Assembly (NCBI GenBank): GCA_903906305.1
Contig: CAIVJR010000005.1
Span: 162,113-226,112, forward strand
DNA: 64,000 nucleotides
From: an uncultured bacterium
GTDB taxonomy: Bacteria > Patescibacteriota > Dojkabacteria > SC72
Direction: 5' to 3'
Part shown: positions 31,794 to 40,400 of the stretch, piece by piece
Numbering within the stretch: position 1 is the stretch's first letter
Layout: each line of letters begins with the position of its first letter
The notes under the pieces: generated by a model
What the model saw: the letters and a program-made list of their open reading frames with translations, nothing else
Databases searched by the model: none
Told to the model about the DNA's origin: nothing
Made by a program: the position numbers and the translations under genes

Positions 31794-32105
31794 CTACTGT
31801 CCAGATATTACGCCCAATACATATTGCACTAAAATTTTTGCAACAAACACAATTACCATTCCTATTATTGCAGCGCTTAATGTTTTTGTCGCTTTCTCAA
31901 CCTTATCCGCATCCCCTGCCGAAGTTATGAATGTATATCCTGCAACAACCAACATAATGACAGCTACAACTGCAGAAAATATAACAAAGAAGTTAATCGC
32001 TGTAACTACTTTTCCATAGATCAAAGTATCAGGTGTACTATACTGACTACTTGAAACCCATGTTGTAAAATTCGAGATATCAACTGCTGCTAATATTCTA
32101 TCCAT
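31794..32105 (-). CDS. VirB2/TrbC-like T4SS pilin family protein, paralog 4
   Basis: …AGYTFITSAGDADKVEKATKTLSAAIIGMVIVFVA. Confidence 0.6.
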   Translation of the reverse strand: MDRILAAVDISNFTTWVSSSQYSTPDTLIYGKVVTAINFFVIFSAVVAVIMLVVAGYTFITSAGDADKVEKATKTLSAAIIGMVIVFVAKILVQYVLGVISGQ

Positions 32106-32442
32106 ATATGTCTAACCCTAAGGTATTAGAAATTAATAATAGTATTGCTACACATAGCAATATAACAACAAAACCAATAATTGCATTTGTAATAACCTGC
32201 TTCGCTTCCTGAAGCTTATCTGGGTCTCCTTTGCTAGACATCATCATAAATCCACCATAGACCAACAAAAGCACTACTGCGATTACTGCAATCGGTGTAG
32301 CAATGTTTATTATCATCTGAACAACAGTTTGATCCGTTGCGCCATCTTTCTGTATTGTTGCCAATTCATCATTCAAAGTAGAACCTAAAGACGCATACGC
32401 TTTGTGAACGACTAAATTATTTACTGTTTCTACAATATTCAT
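32098..32442 (-). CDS. VirB2/TrbC-like T4SS pilin family protein, paralog 5 (overlaps paralog 4 by 8 nt)
   Basis: …YGGFMMMSSKGDPDKLQEAKQVITNAIIGFVVILL. Confidence 0.55.
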   Translation of the reverse strand: MNIVETVNNLVVHKAYASLGSTLNDELATIQKDGATDQTVVQMIINIATPIAVIAVVLLLVYGGFMMMSSKGDPDKLQEAKQVITNAIIGFVVILLCVAILLLISNTLGLDIYG

Positions 32443-32465
32443 AGCTGATATTATACTATATCACA

Positions 32466-35400
32466 TTAGGTTTTGGCGAATTCACAAACTGTACGATAAT
32501 CGCACATACCACACTTAAACATATCTGGCTCTGCATGAAAGTCTCTCTTTTTAATATTCTCAATAATTTCAACCATCCTCTCTTTCGCTTTTTCCCTTCG
32601 TTTTGATGATATATCTGCCTCTATTTTCACTCCCTCTTCCAAGAAAACATACTGTGCCATTACTACTTTGTAGCCTAATTTTTCTTCAACAAATATTGCA
32701 TAAAGTGGGAGTTGCAAATCTTTTTTAATATCCTCCGCTTTCTTTACCTTCCCTGTTTTGTAATCCACGATACATACCTGTTTTACTCCATTCACTTCCT
32801 CAATTAAATCAATTCTGTCTATTTTCCCAGCAAAGGTACTCTCCCCTAGGTGCATTACAAACGATTCTTCAAGGTTCAATGGCTTTTCTTCATTTGAATA
32901 TATCTTTTCATAATATTTCTTTAGCATTTTCTCCCCCTGCTCCTTCTTCATATTTTCATGTTTAGTACTGTCATACCCTGCCCTTACCCAATTCTTGTTG
33001 TATGATGCAAATAATTCATCCAGTGTTGGCTCACTTACAATACCCTCGATACCTTCTCTCGAAGTCTTGAGTAAGGTATACAGATCCTTAAGGGTATTGT
33101 GGATTGTAGTTCCAAATGACAACGATGCGTTAGGTTTTTGAGGAACTCTCAATACATACGCATATTCATACTTTCTAGGACAAAGCTCATATGTATCTAA
33201 TTGGGAATAACTGAAATTTTTCATCAATTCAATTTTTACTTCTTTTGGAATAATAGATGTATTTTCTCTTTCCTCATACCCATCAATACTTACCTTACCT
33301 TTTTCAAAGTTAAATTCCTCAGCCACATCCCTATCCAATATTTCATACAGAAATACGCTTGGTTTCTTTTTTGTTTTGGCGTCGCCATAGAAGCTAGCCG
33401 CAGAAAGGTACAGTTTTTCTTTGGCACGAGTAGCACCAACATAGAACAGTCTTCGTTCCTCTTGGATATGTGCCTCTTCCTGACTCATCTTTTTGTCCAG
33501 CATTTCTTTAATCAAATCTTCGGGCATTGGTATTGAATCACTCATATTTCTAGAGGGGAATCTCTGAGCCACTAGATTTACTAAAAATACCGCAGGAAAC
33601 TCTAATCCTTTAGATCCATGTACAGTTAATATATTTACTGCATTAAAATCTTCTAACTCAGATTGGTCAACCACTGGAGACTCCCCCACTTCCATACAGT
33701 ATTCAATAAAATCTACATACTCATATATATTTGAATCTGGATTATCCTTTTCATATTTTTTAATCGACTCAAAGAATTTTTGAATATTTGAAACCGCAAA
33801 TAACCCATCTGCACTTTCTTCGCTTACAAATGAATCTAAATATCCACTAGATTTAACAAATTCATATAAAATCTCTGTCATAGGTCGGTTGTCTTTTACC
33901 TTTAAGATACTGTTTTGAAGAATCACTAAAAGATTTGTTACTCCTGCTATGGACTCTGCGTCAAATATCTTCTCAATTATTGGGCTATCTATATCCCCCA
34001 CTTCTTGAATATCAATGTTTTCTTCCTGCCCCAATTTAATATTCCAAAGTTTCTCTAATTCCTCAAACAATGTTAATCTCTCTTCTCTAGCCAATCTATT
34101 AATATCCATATATTCCCTTGGTGTTAATTTCCATACTGACATAGCTAAGAGTTTGTACATAGCTATTTCATCAGAATAGTCAACTAATACCTTTAAAAAA
34201 GCTATGAGGTTTTGAATCTCCGGTCTTGAATACAATCCTCTAGAACCTCCAAGTTTGTATGGAATACCAATTCCTCTTAGCGCTTGTACAAATGGTTCTG
34301 CATGAGAATTGGCTCTAATCAATATGGCAATATCTGAGAATCTAAGTGGCTGTTTTCCACTATCCCCTTTAACAAAAGACGCTTGTCCTTTTTCATCAAA
34401 TACCTCGGACCCTTCAACAGGCTTAGCATATTCTCCAAAACCTGTTAATTTTGCAATTTCATCCGCTACTTGTTCTGCTTCACCACTTTCATTACCAGCG
34501 GCTATGAGGTTTACAATATTCTCATCTTTTTCAAATGCACCCTTAGCTATTAATCTCTTGTCTATCTTCTCCGTGACCTCCAATCTATTCGGGTTATTCT
34601 TACTAATCAATGTATGTGAGGCATCCAATATTTCCTGCCTTGATCTGTAGTTCTCAGTCAATACAACCTCCATAGCATCAGGATATGTTTCCTTAAACTG
34701 AAGAATATTTGATATTGCTGCACCTCTAAATTTGTAAATGGCTTGATCATCATCACCTACTACTGTAAGGAGAGGACGAGTCTTTTTCCCATTCATTTTC
34801 TTTTCTTCCACCTCTTTCTTCTTACTTTCATCCAATCCTAAGGTTAGGATATTCACCAATACATTTTGGGTATAGTTGGTATCTTGGAACTCATCGACAA
34901 GGATATATTTAAACCTTTTTCGATATTTTTCTAAAACGTTTGGTCTTTCTCTAAAAAGTTTTAACGTTAGAATAATTAAATCTCCAAAGTCTACCTTAGA
35001 TTCTTGCATCTTAAGCTCTGAGTACATCTTGTAGGTTTCGGAAAGTTCTTTGTATTTCTGGAAATCTGCTTTCTGTTCTTCAGTATTTTTAGGTAATGTT
35101 TTAGCAAATTTAATATAGTCTTCTGGAGAAACATCCTCATCTTGTAATCTAGAGAAATGTTTCAAGATATCGTTTAATGTCTTAGTAACCTGTCCTCTCG
35201 GTTTTAAAGTATCAAGTGGAAGATCGTGGTAAAACTTTCGAAGGAATATGTATGATTGTGCAGTTGTCATCAATGAATAGCCTCCATCTAGGCCCATATT
35301 GTAACCTTCTTCTCTAAGTATTCCATCACAGAATGAGTGGAATGTAGATATCCATGGTTCTTCATATCCATACTCCATCTCTTTGTCTATTCTCTCTTGC

Positions 35401-35597
35401 ATTTCTGCTGCAGCTTTTTCTGTGAATGTTAATGCCAATATCTCAGATGGTTTTACATTGCATTTTTTAATGAGATACAAAATACGCTGAGTAATAACTG
35501 CGGTTTTACCAGTTCCAGCACCAGCGATAATTAGAAGATCCCCTTGGGTATATTGGACAGCTTTTTGTTGATTTTCGTTAAGATTTACTAATGCCAC
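32466..35597 (-). CDS. UvrD/PcrA-family SF1 helicase fused to a C-terminal PD-(D/E)xK (RecB/Cas4-like) nuclease with a 4-Cys cluster
   Basis: N-terminal GAGTGKT Walker A and UvrD motifs. The C-terminal domain has …YELCPRKYEY… …IDRIDLIEE… …IVDYKTGK… and CGMCDYRTVC (C…C-x2-C-x5-C). Confidence 0.85.
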   Translation of the reverse strand: MALVNLNENQQKAVQYTQGDLLIIAGAGTGKTAVITQRILYLIKKCNVKPSEILALTFTEKAAAEMQERIDKEMEYGYEEPWISTFHSFCDGILREEGYNMGLDGGYSLMTTAQSYIFLRKFYHDLPLDTLKPRGQVTKTLNDILKHFSRLQDEDVSPEDYIKFAKTLPKNTEEQKADFQKYKELSETYKMYSELKMQESKVDFGDLIILTLKLFRERPNVLEKYRKRFKYILVDEFQDTNYTQNVLVNILTLGLDESKKKEVEEKKMNGKKTRPLLTVVGDDDQAIYKFRGAAISNILQFKETYPDAMEVVLTENYRSRQEILDASHTLISKNNPNRLEVTEKIDKRLIAKGAFEKDENIVNLIAAGNESGEAEQVADEIAKLTGFGEYAKPVEGSEVFDEKGQASFVKGDSGKQPLRFSDIAILIRANSHAEPFVQALRGIGIPYKLGGSRGLYSRPEIQNLIAFLKVLVDYSDEIAMYKLLAMSVWKLTPREYMDINRLAREERLTLFEELEKLWNIKLGQEENIDIQEVGDIDSPIIEKIFDAESIAGVTNLLVILQNSILKVKDNRPMTEILYEFVKSSGYLDSFVSEESADGLFAVSNIQKFFESIKKYEKDNPDSNIYEYVDFIEYCMEVGESPVVDQSELEDFNAVNILTVHGSKGLEFPAVFLVNLVAQRFPSRNMSDSIPMPEDLIKEMLDKKMSQEEAHIQEERRLFYVGATRAKEKLYLSAASFYGDAKTKKKPSVFLYEILDRDVAEEFNFEKGKVSIDGYEERENTSIIPKEVKIELMKNFSYSQLDTYELCPRKYEYAYVLRVPQKPNASLSFGTTIHNTLKDLYTLLKTSREGIEGIVSEPTLDELFASYNKNWVRAGYDSTKHENMKKEQGEKMLKKYYEKIYSNEEKPLNLEESFVMHLGESTFAGKIDRIDLIEEVNGVKQVCIVDYKTGKVKKAEDIKKDLQLPLYAIFVEEKLGYKVVMAQYVFLEEGVKIEADISSKRREKAKERMVEIIENIKKRDFHAEPDMFKCGMCDYRTVCEFAKT

Positions 35598-35741
35598 TAT
35601 CGCATGGATAGAAGTAAAATGGTGATGTAGAGAAGAAGGGCTAATATCACTCCCCCGGTTATAACCAGCATTAACTTAGGGCTTGGTGTTTCTTTTAGAA
35701 GGTTAGCTAGTTTGGTTTTTGTACTCTTTTTCATAATATTT

Positions 35742-36611
35742 TTAATTAATTAATTTCTTCAGCATCTCTACTTCTTTAAGTGTAGATTCGAAATCTTTTA
35801 ACCCCGGGGTCTCCATTATGAATGGCATTTCCTTGAACTTTGGTTCATGTAGAATCTTTTTAATCGCCTCTTCCCCAATTTTTCCTTCCCCAAGATTTGC
35901 ATGTCTGTCCTTGTTACTTCCTAATTCTACTGCAGAATCATTTAGATGTATTGCCTTAATATTTTCTATACCTACTTCTCTGTCTAAATCTTCCATCACT
36001 CCATTTAGATTATTAACCCAATCATATCCAGCTGCATATGTATGTTCTGTATCTATGACAAACCCTACTCTTTCTTTGTTTTCAACTTTGTTCCTTAATA
36101 TGCCCAATTCTGTAAAACTCCTTCCTAATGTTCCTCCTGTTCCAGCGGTACTTTCTATGAGTAGCTTCTGAGTTCCAGGGACTTCATCTAATACCCACTG
36201 TATTCCATATGATATTCGTTCCATACTATCCTCATATGACAATTCTTTTTGTGCGCCTGGGTGAAAGCATACTCCTAATATCTCAGCGTCTATGTTTCTT
36301 TTCTTGATTTCGTTTGCAACTCTTTCTGCGAAGTCTAAGTAAACAACTAATCCCATCTTTCCTAAATGGAACATTTGTTTGTCTTCTCTAGCTAGGTTTG
36401 TGAGATATATTCCATGTAGAAGAATCTTTTTTACATCTGATTTTTCTAATTCATTAACGAAGTTTAATATCATTTCCTCTGGTAAAAGCTTGGTCGCCCA
36501 TCTCATTGGTATGGTTGGCATTATCTGGATTGCATTGACTCCATATTTTTGAGCCAATTTTATGGTGTTTTCTATTCCTCCTGCAGAGGATGCATGGATT
36601 CCGTAATACAT
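35742..36611 (-). CDS. nfo: Endonuclease IV (AP endonuclease family 2, TIM barrel)
   Basis: MYYGIHASSAGGIENTIKLAQKYGVNAIQI… resembles E. coli Nfo N-terminus (VGAHVSAAGGL…), with conserved H/E/D metal ligands. Confidence 0.8.
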   Translation of the reverse strand: MYYGIHASSAGGIENTIKLAQKYGVNAIQIMPTIPMRWATKLLPEEMILNFVNELEKSDVKKILLHGIYLTNLAREDKQMFHLGKMGLVVYLDFAERVANEIKKRNIDAEILGVCFHPGAQKELSYEDSMERISYGIQWVLDEVPGTQKLLIESTAGTGGTLGRSFTELGILRNKVENKERVGFVIDTEHTYAAGYDWVNNLNGVMEDLDREVGIENIKAIHLNDSAVELGSNKDRHANLGEGKIGEEAIKKILHEPKFKEMPFIMETPGLKDFESTLKEVEMLKKLIN

Positions 36612-36662
36612 AGTTTATTGTAGCACAAATAGCATAAATGAATTATAATTAGCGCTAGATAT

Positions 36663-36751
36663 GGAGAGGTGCCCGAGAGGCCGAAGGGAACTCACTGCTA
36701 ACGAGTCATAGGCGTTAAAACCTATCGCGGGTTCGAATCCCGCCCTCTCCG
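36663..36751 (+). tRNA. tRNA-Ser (anticodon GCU), long variable arm
   Basis: GGAGAGGTGCCCGAGAGGCCGAAGGGAACTCACTGCTAACGAGTCATAGGCGTTAAAACCTATCGCGGGTTCGAATCCCGCCCTCTCCG. Confidence 0.85.
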
Positions 36752-36764
36752 TATTATACAATCA

Positions 36765-37391
36765 ATGGACTATAACACCGAAAATATTAAAGCTTACGAA
36801 TCCCTTGCAGAAGAATACGAAAAAAATATTTCTAAATACTTTCTTTCAACTAAAGAAGCCGTAGAAAACATCGCCCCTAGTATCACCACAGGAAAAGAAG
36901 TATTAGATGTAGGATGTGGCGTTGGGCTTGGCACAATGATGCTCATAGAGAAAGGTTTTTCTCTTACATCTATTGATATCTCACCAAAGATGATTACATT
37001 CGTAAAAAAGAGGAACCCCTCGGCTACTACAATAACTGGTGAATTTCTAGAGTATACATTTAAGAAAAAGTTTGATGCTATTTTTGCCATGGCTTTTATT
37101 CACCTTTTTCCAAAGAATATAGCTCAGTTAATTCTTGAAAAAATGCATACCCTACTAAAAGAAGATGGTGTTTTGTACATAGGGACAACCATTTCGGATA
37201 AAAGTAAAGAGGGATTCGAGTTAAAAAGGGATGCCTTCTTCCCAAATGGACAACAAAAAAGATATAGAAAACACTGGACTGAAGAAGAACTGCTAGACTC
37301 ATTACAAAAAGCTGGTTTTAAATACAAACATAAATATCATATTGACGATCCAAGAAAAAAGGTTTGGATGGACTTTTTAATGACAAAGTAA
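36765..37391 (+). CDS. Class I SAM-dependent methyltransferase
   Basis: Motif I VLDVGCGVGLGTMML. 208 aa. Confidence 0.75.
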   Translation: MDYNTENIKAYESLAEEYEKNISKYFLSTKEAVENIAPSITTGKEVLDVGCGVGLGTMMLIEKGFSLTSIDISPKMITFVKKRNPSATTITGEFLEYTFKKKFDAIFAMAFIHLFPKNIAQLILEKMHTLLKEDGVLYIGTTISDKSKEGFELKRDAFFPNGQQKRYRKHWTEEELLDSLQKAGFKYKHKYHIDDPRKKVWMDFLMTK

Positions 37392-37476
37392 TACGAAATT
37401 CCCTTTTTATTTCAATACTTAAAGCTTTTCAATCCCTCCCTTCCAAACAACATGGTAGAATGAAGATATAATCTAA

Positions 37477-37887
37477 TTGAATATAACTATGAACTACATA
37501 TACCTTTACCTTTTAACAACAGTTGTCTTCTTTGCCATAGATTTTCTCTGGTTAAAATTCTCAGCTCCAAACTATTCTAAAAAAATAGGACACCTCATGG
37601 CACCAAAACCAAAGCTATTCCCCGCCCTCATCTTCTACCTCATATTTGTAGGAGGAGTAATAATCTTTGCAGTATTACCCGGATACGAATCACAAAATCT
37701 TTGGAAAACCATAATGTTAGGAGCCCTCTTTGGAATGCTCTCCTACTCCACATATGATCTTACCAACCTCGCAACATTAAAAAGCTGGCCTGTATCCATA
37801 ACCATCATAGACATAATCTGGGGAACAACAGTATCTGTTCTTACCTCAATAGCAGGATATTACATAGCTACAATGCTTAACATATAG
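37477..37887 (+). CDS. Small 4-TM membrane protein (DUF2177-like), hypothetical
   Basis: 136 aa with four hydrophobic helices. Confidence 0.45.
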   Translation: MNITMNYIYLYLLTTVVFFAIDFLWLKFSAPNYSKKIGHLMAPKPKLFPALIFYLIFVGGVIIFAVLPGYESQNLWKTIMLGALFGMLSYSTYDLTNLATLKSWPVSITIIDIIWGTTVSVLTSIAGYYIATMLNI

Positions 37888-37888
37888 A

Positions 37889-38173
37889 TTGTTGTATTGT
37901 TGTTTAGAAAAAATATATACTAGAAATATGGAAGAGAACAAGAAACATGATTTTCTAATTGCCCTATGTATTACCCTCTGTACTATTATCCTTGGTTTGA
38001 TTAGCTACATTGTATATTTCAATACCATATCCCAACAAAAAGCACGATGTTCCTATGCTGGTTGGTCGTATGCTGATTCTGAAACATTTAAATCCTCTGA
38101 TGGTTGCAATTCATGTGCATGTAGTAATGGTCAGGTTGTCTGTACCCTTATGACATGCCCAAATACTAATTAA
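37889..38173 (+). CDS. Membrane-anchored small Cys-rich protein (6 Cys in C-terminal 35 aa), hypothetical
   Basis: TM LIALCITLCTIILGLISYIVYF, then …CSYAGWSYADSETFKSSDGCNSCACSNGQVVCTLMTCPNTN. Confidence 0.4.
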   Translation: MLYCCLEKIYTRNMEENKKHDFLIALCITLCTIILGLISYIVYFNTISQQKARCSYAGWSYADSETFKSSDGCNSCACSNGQVVCTLMTCPNTN

Positions 38174-38193
38174 ATTATATATATATATTTACT

Positions 38194-39021
38194 ATGGATA
38201 CTGTCCCAAATGGTACGATGGAAACGCCTACCCCTACCCCACAACCTGCTTCTAAACCTAAATCAAAATCTAATGGTGGTTTAGTTGCGTTGTGTATATG
38301 TCTTGCGTTAATTGTGGTTGGTTTACTTGTATATATTGCTTACGAGAAGGAATATATCCAGATTCCTTTCTTGAGTAAGAATAACTCCGCTCAGGATGCT
38401 GAAGAAGATGGAAATACGGATAATACGGATGCTACCGAAGCAGATAATGCCATAGCTACTACTACATTCACAGGAGAGACTGTTACTGCTACCCTACCTG
38501 AGGGTTGGACTATGCAGGAATACTACGATGGTCAGGGTTCTGAATATCTTTCAGAGGGTCCTGATTATGCTGGTTTAACTGGTATAAAGATTTTTAATCC
38601 AAGTAATACCTCCATGTTCTATCTTGCTGGTGTTAATGGTATTGGTTTTGCTGGTTGTAGTGAGTACTATGCTTTTGCAGATGACAATCCTGCATACAGA
38701 GCACAGGCTCAGGCTTCTGCTGACGAGATGGGCGAGGAGATGAATATTAACAACTTTAGTAGTATGCCATACTTTGAATATGAGATGCTTGGTAGAACAG
38801 TTAGAAGAATAGCTACTAAGATATATCTTGATGATGAGGAAGGGAATAACTATTTTGAGGCTCCATGTTTTAATGTTGTTGTTACCTTTGAAGGGTTAAC
38901 ATATACCGATGAGACTAATAATCTATATCAGGCATATTTCTATGGTTTTAATACAACCATAACGGGAGATGAGTTATTAAAGGTTGATGATATATTGAAG
39001 AGTATGAGTTTAACAGAGTAG
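38194..39021 (+). CDS. Membrane-anchored extracytoplasmic protein with acidic/Thr-rich linker, hypothetical
   Basis: TM LVALCICLALIVVGLLVYIAY is paralogous to the anchor of the preceding gene. About 210 aa ectodomain. Confidence 0.45.
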   Translation: MDTVPNGTMETPTPTPQPASKPKSKSNGGLVALCICLALIVVGLLVYIAYEKEYIQIPFLSKNNSAQDAEEDGNTDNTDATEADNAIATTTFTGETVTATLPEGWTMQEYYDGQGSEYLSEGPDYAGLTGIKIFNPSNTSMFYLAGVNGIGFAGCSEYYAFADDNPAYRAQAQASADEMGEEMNINNFSSMPYFEYEMLGRTVRRIATKIYLDDEEGNNYFEAPCFNVVVTFEGLTYTDETNNLYQAYFYGFNTTITGDELLKVDDILKSMSLTE

Positions 39022-39023
39022 CC

Positions 39024-39899
39024 CTACATCTCGAACTTATATGTGTATGTCGTTTTTCTTTTACTATCTGAAATAGTAGCCGGACAAATCCGTCTTAAAA
39101 TTGGATAACAAGTATCAAACTCATTAGGAAGTAGATAACCTCCCTTTTTAACAAAAAAATTAATACCTGCTGGAGATACTGTATTCGCAGCAAAAAACTT
39201 CGCTTCCTCTCGATCACTCGATACTTTTTGAATAATTCTGTACATCCATTTAAACATTTTCATACTAAAATCATATTGTGTAAGACCATAAGTTTCTCTT
39301 TCTTTAAATCTCAAAGGTGTTGAAATTCCTTCCGTCTCTGCGATACGAATTGAGGTTACCTCAGAAAAGGTAATTCCATCCATAATTGATGGATATATTG
39401 AATAATCAAAACTTGAGATAGCTAATATGTCCTTTACAATACCTTCTGTTCTTTGATCTGATAACCTGATTTTGTTACTTTCTTGATCTCTATAATCTCG
39501 GATATTTCTTCCAAGTATATTTCCTATGTTATCAACAGATCTTCCCTGTTTTGAGAATTCTTCCTCATATTCCCTATATTCTGTAATGAAATTTAAGAAC
39601 CTTTCTTTTGTAAATATATTCAGTTGAACAAAAAGACCATATATCTTAGATTTCTCCTTGCATTCTATACTCGATATCATAATTACCGGAACATATTCAC
39701 TCGGCAAAGTACCTTCAAAAGTATCTTGAAATTCATCACAAAGAAATTTCGAGAATTGAGTAAAATCTAAACCTATTACCTCTCGGGAGAGTGTATCTAC
39801 ATTTGGCAAGAAATAGTCTCTTGTTTCAACAACTATTGGCTCTGATGAAGAGTTAAAGCTATCTTCTTTGATTGCTTCTACATCTAAAATCATAAACAT
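39024..39899 (-). CDS. Hypothetical protein (291 aa)
   Basis: ORF only. Ends 27 nt before the 3' end of ssrA. Confidence 0.4.
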   Translation of the reverse strand: MFMILDVEAIKEDSFNSSSEPIVVETRDYFLPNVDTLSREVIGLDFTQFSKFLCDEFQDTFEGTLPSEYVPVIMISSIECKEKSKIYGLFVQLNIFTKERFLNFITEYREYEEEFSKQGRSVDNIGNILGRNIRDYRDQESNKIRLSDQRTEGIVKDILAISSFDYSIYPSIMDGITFSEVTSIRIAETEGISTPLRFKERETYGLTQYDFSMKMFKWMYRIIQKVSSDREEAKFFAANTVSPAGINFFVKKGGYLLPNEFDTCYPILRRICPATISDSKRKTTYTYKFEM

Positions 39900-39925
39900 C
39901 CAATACTAATAATTTCCAATATATA

Positions 39926-40339
39926 TGGTGGAGACGGTGGAAATTGAATCCACGTCCAAAAGTTTTGCTTAGCATCATGTACAAACATATCTAATCCTGT
40001 ATAGCTAGACATATCTAAAAAGATTAGCAAAAAGATATATCTACTCAGTAATTAAATTCGTACATACTACTCTACTGACAAAATAGTAATAATATATCCT
40101 AGTAACGACTATCTTTTACCCCTAACTAAGAATAAGGATAAAGACACTAGTCAAACTTAATTGGCTAGACTTTAAGCAGCAAAGTTAAAGTTGAAATTTG
40201 GCATAGCCAAACTTGCTTTAATATTCTCTGCAAAAGCGACGATTTTGTTTTTTACACTTATCATTGTGCGTTGATTAACGAGACAACCCTCGGTTTGTGA
40301 CAACTAAACGCAGACTCCTGTCGAAAGCCTTACGTCCCC
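39926..40339 (-). ncRNA. ssrA: Transfer-messenger RNA (tmRNA, SsrA)
   Basis: The 5' GGGGACGTAAGGCTTTCGACAGGAGTC pairs with the 3' GGACGTGGATTCAATTTCCACCGTCTCCACCA. This gives a tRNA-Ala-like acceptor with G3:U70, a T-arm, and encoded CCA. The internal tag ORF ends …CCAAATTTCAACTTTAACTTTGCTGCTTAA (…PNFNFNFAA*). Confidence 0.8.
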
Positions 40340-40400
40340 ATATATTGAAAAAGAGCTAGGAATATCTCTATTCCTACATACATTATACCATTTCTATGGA

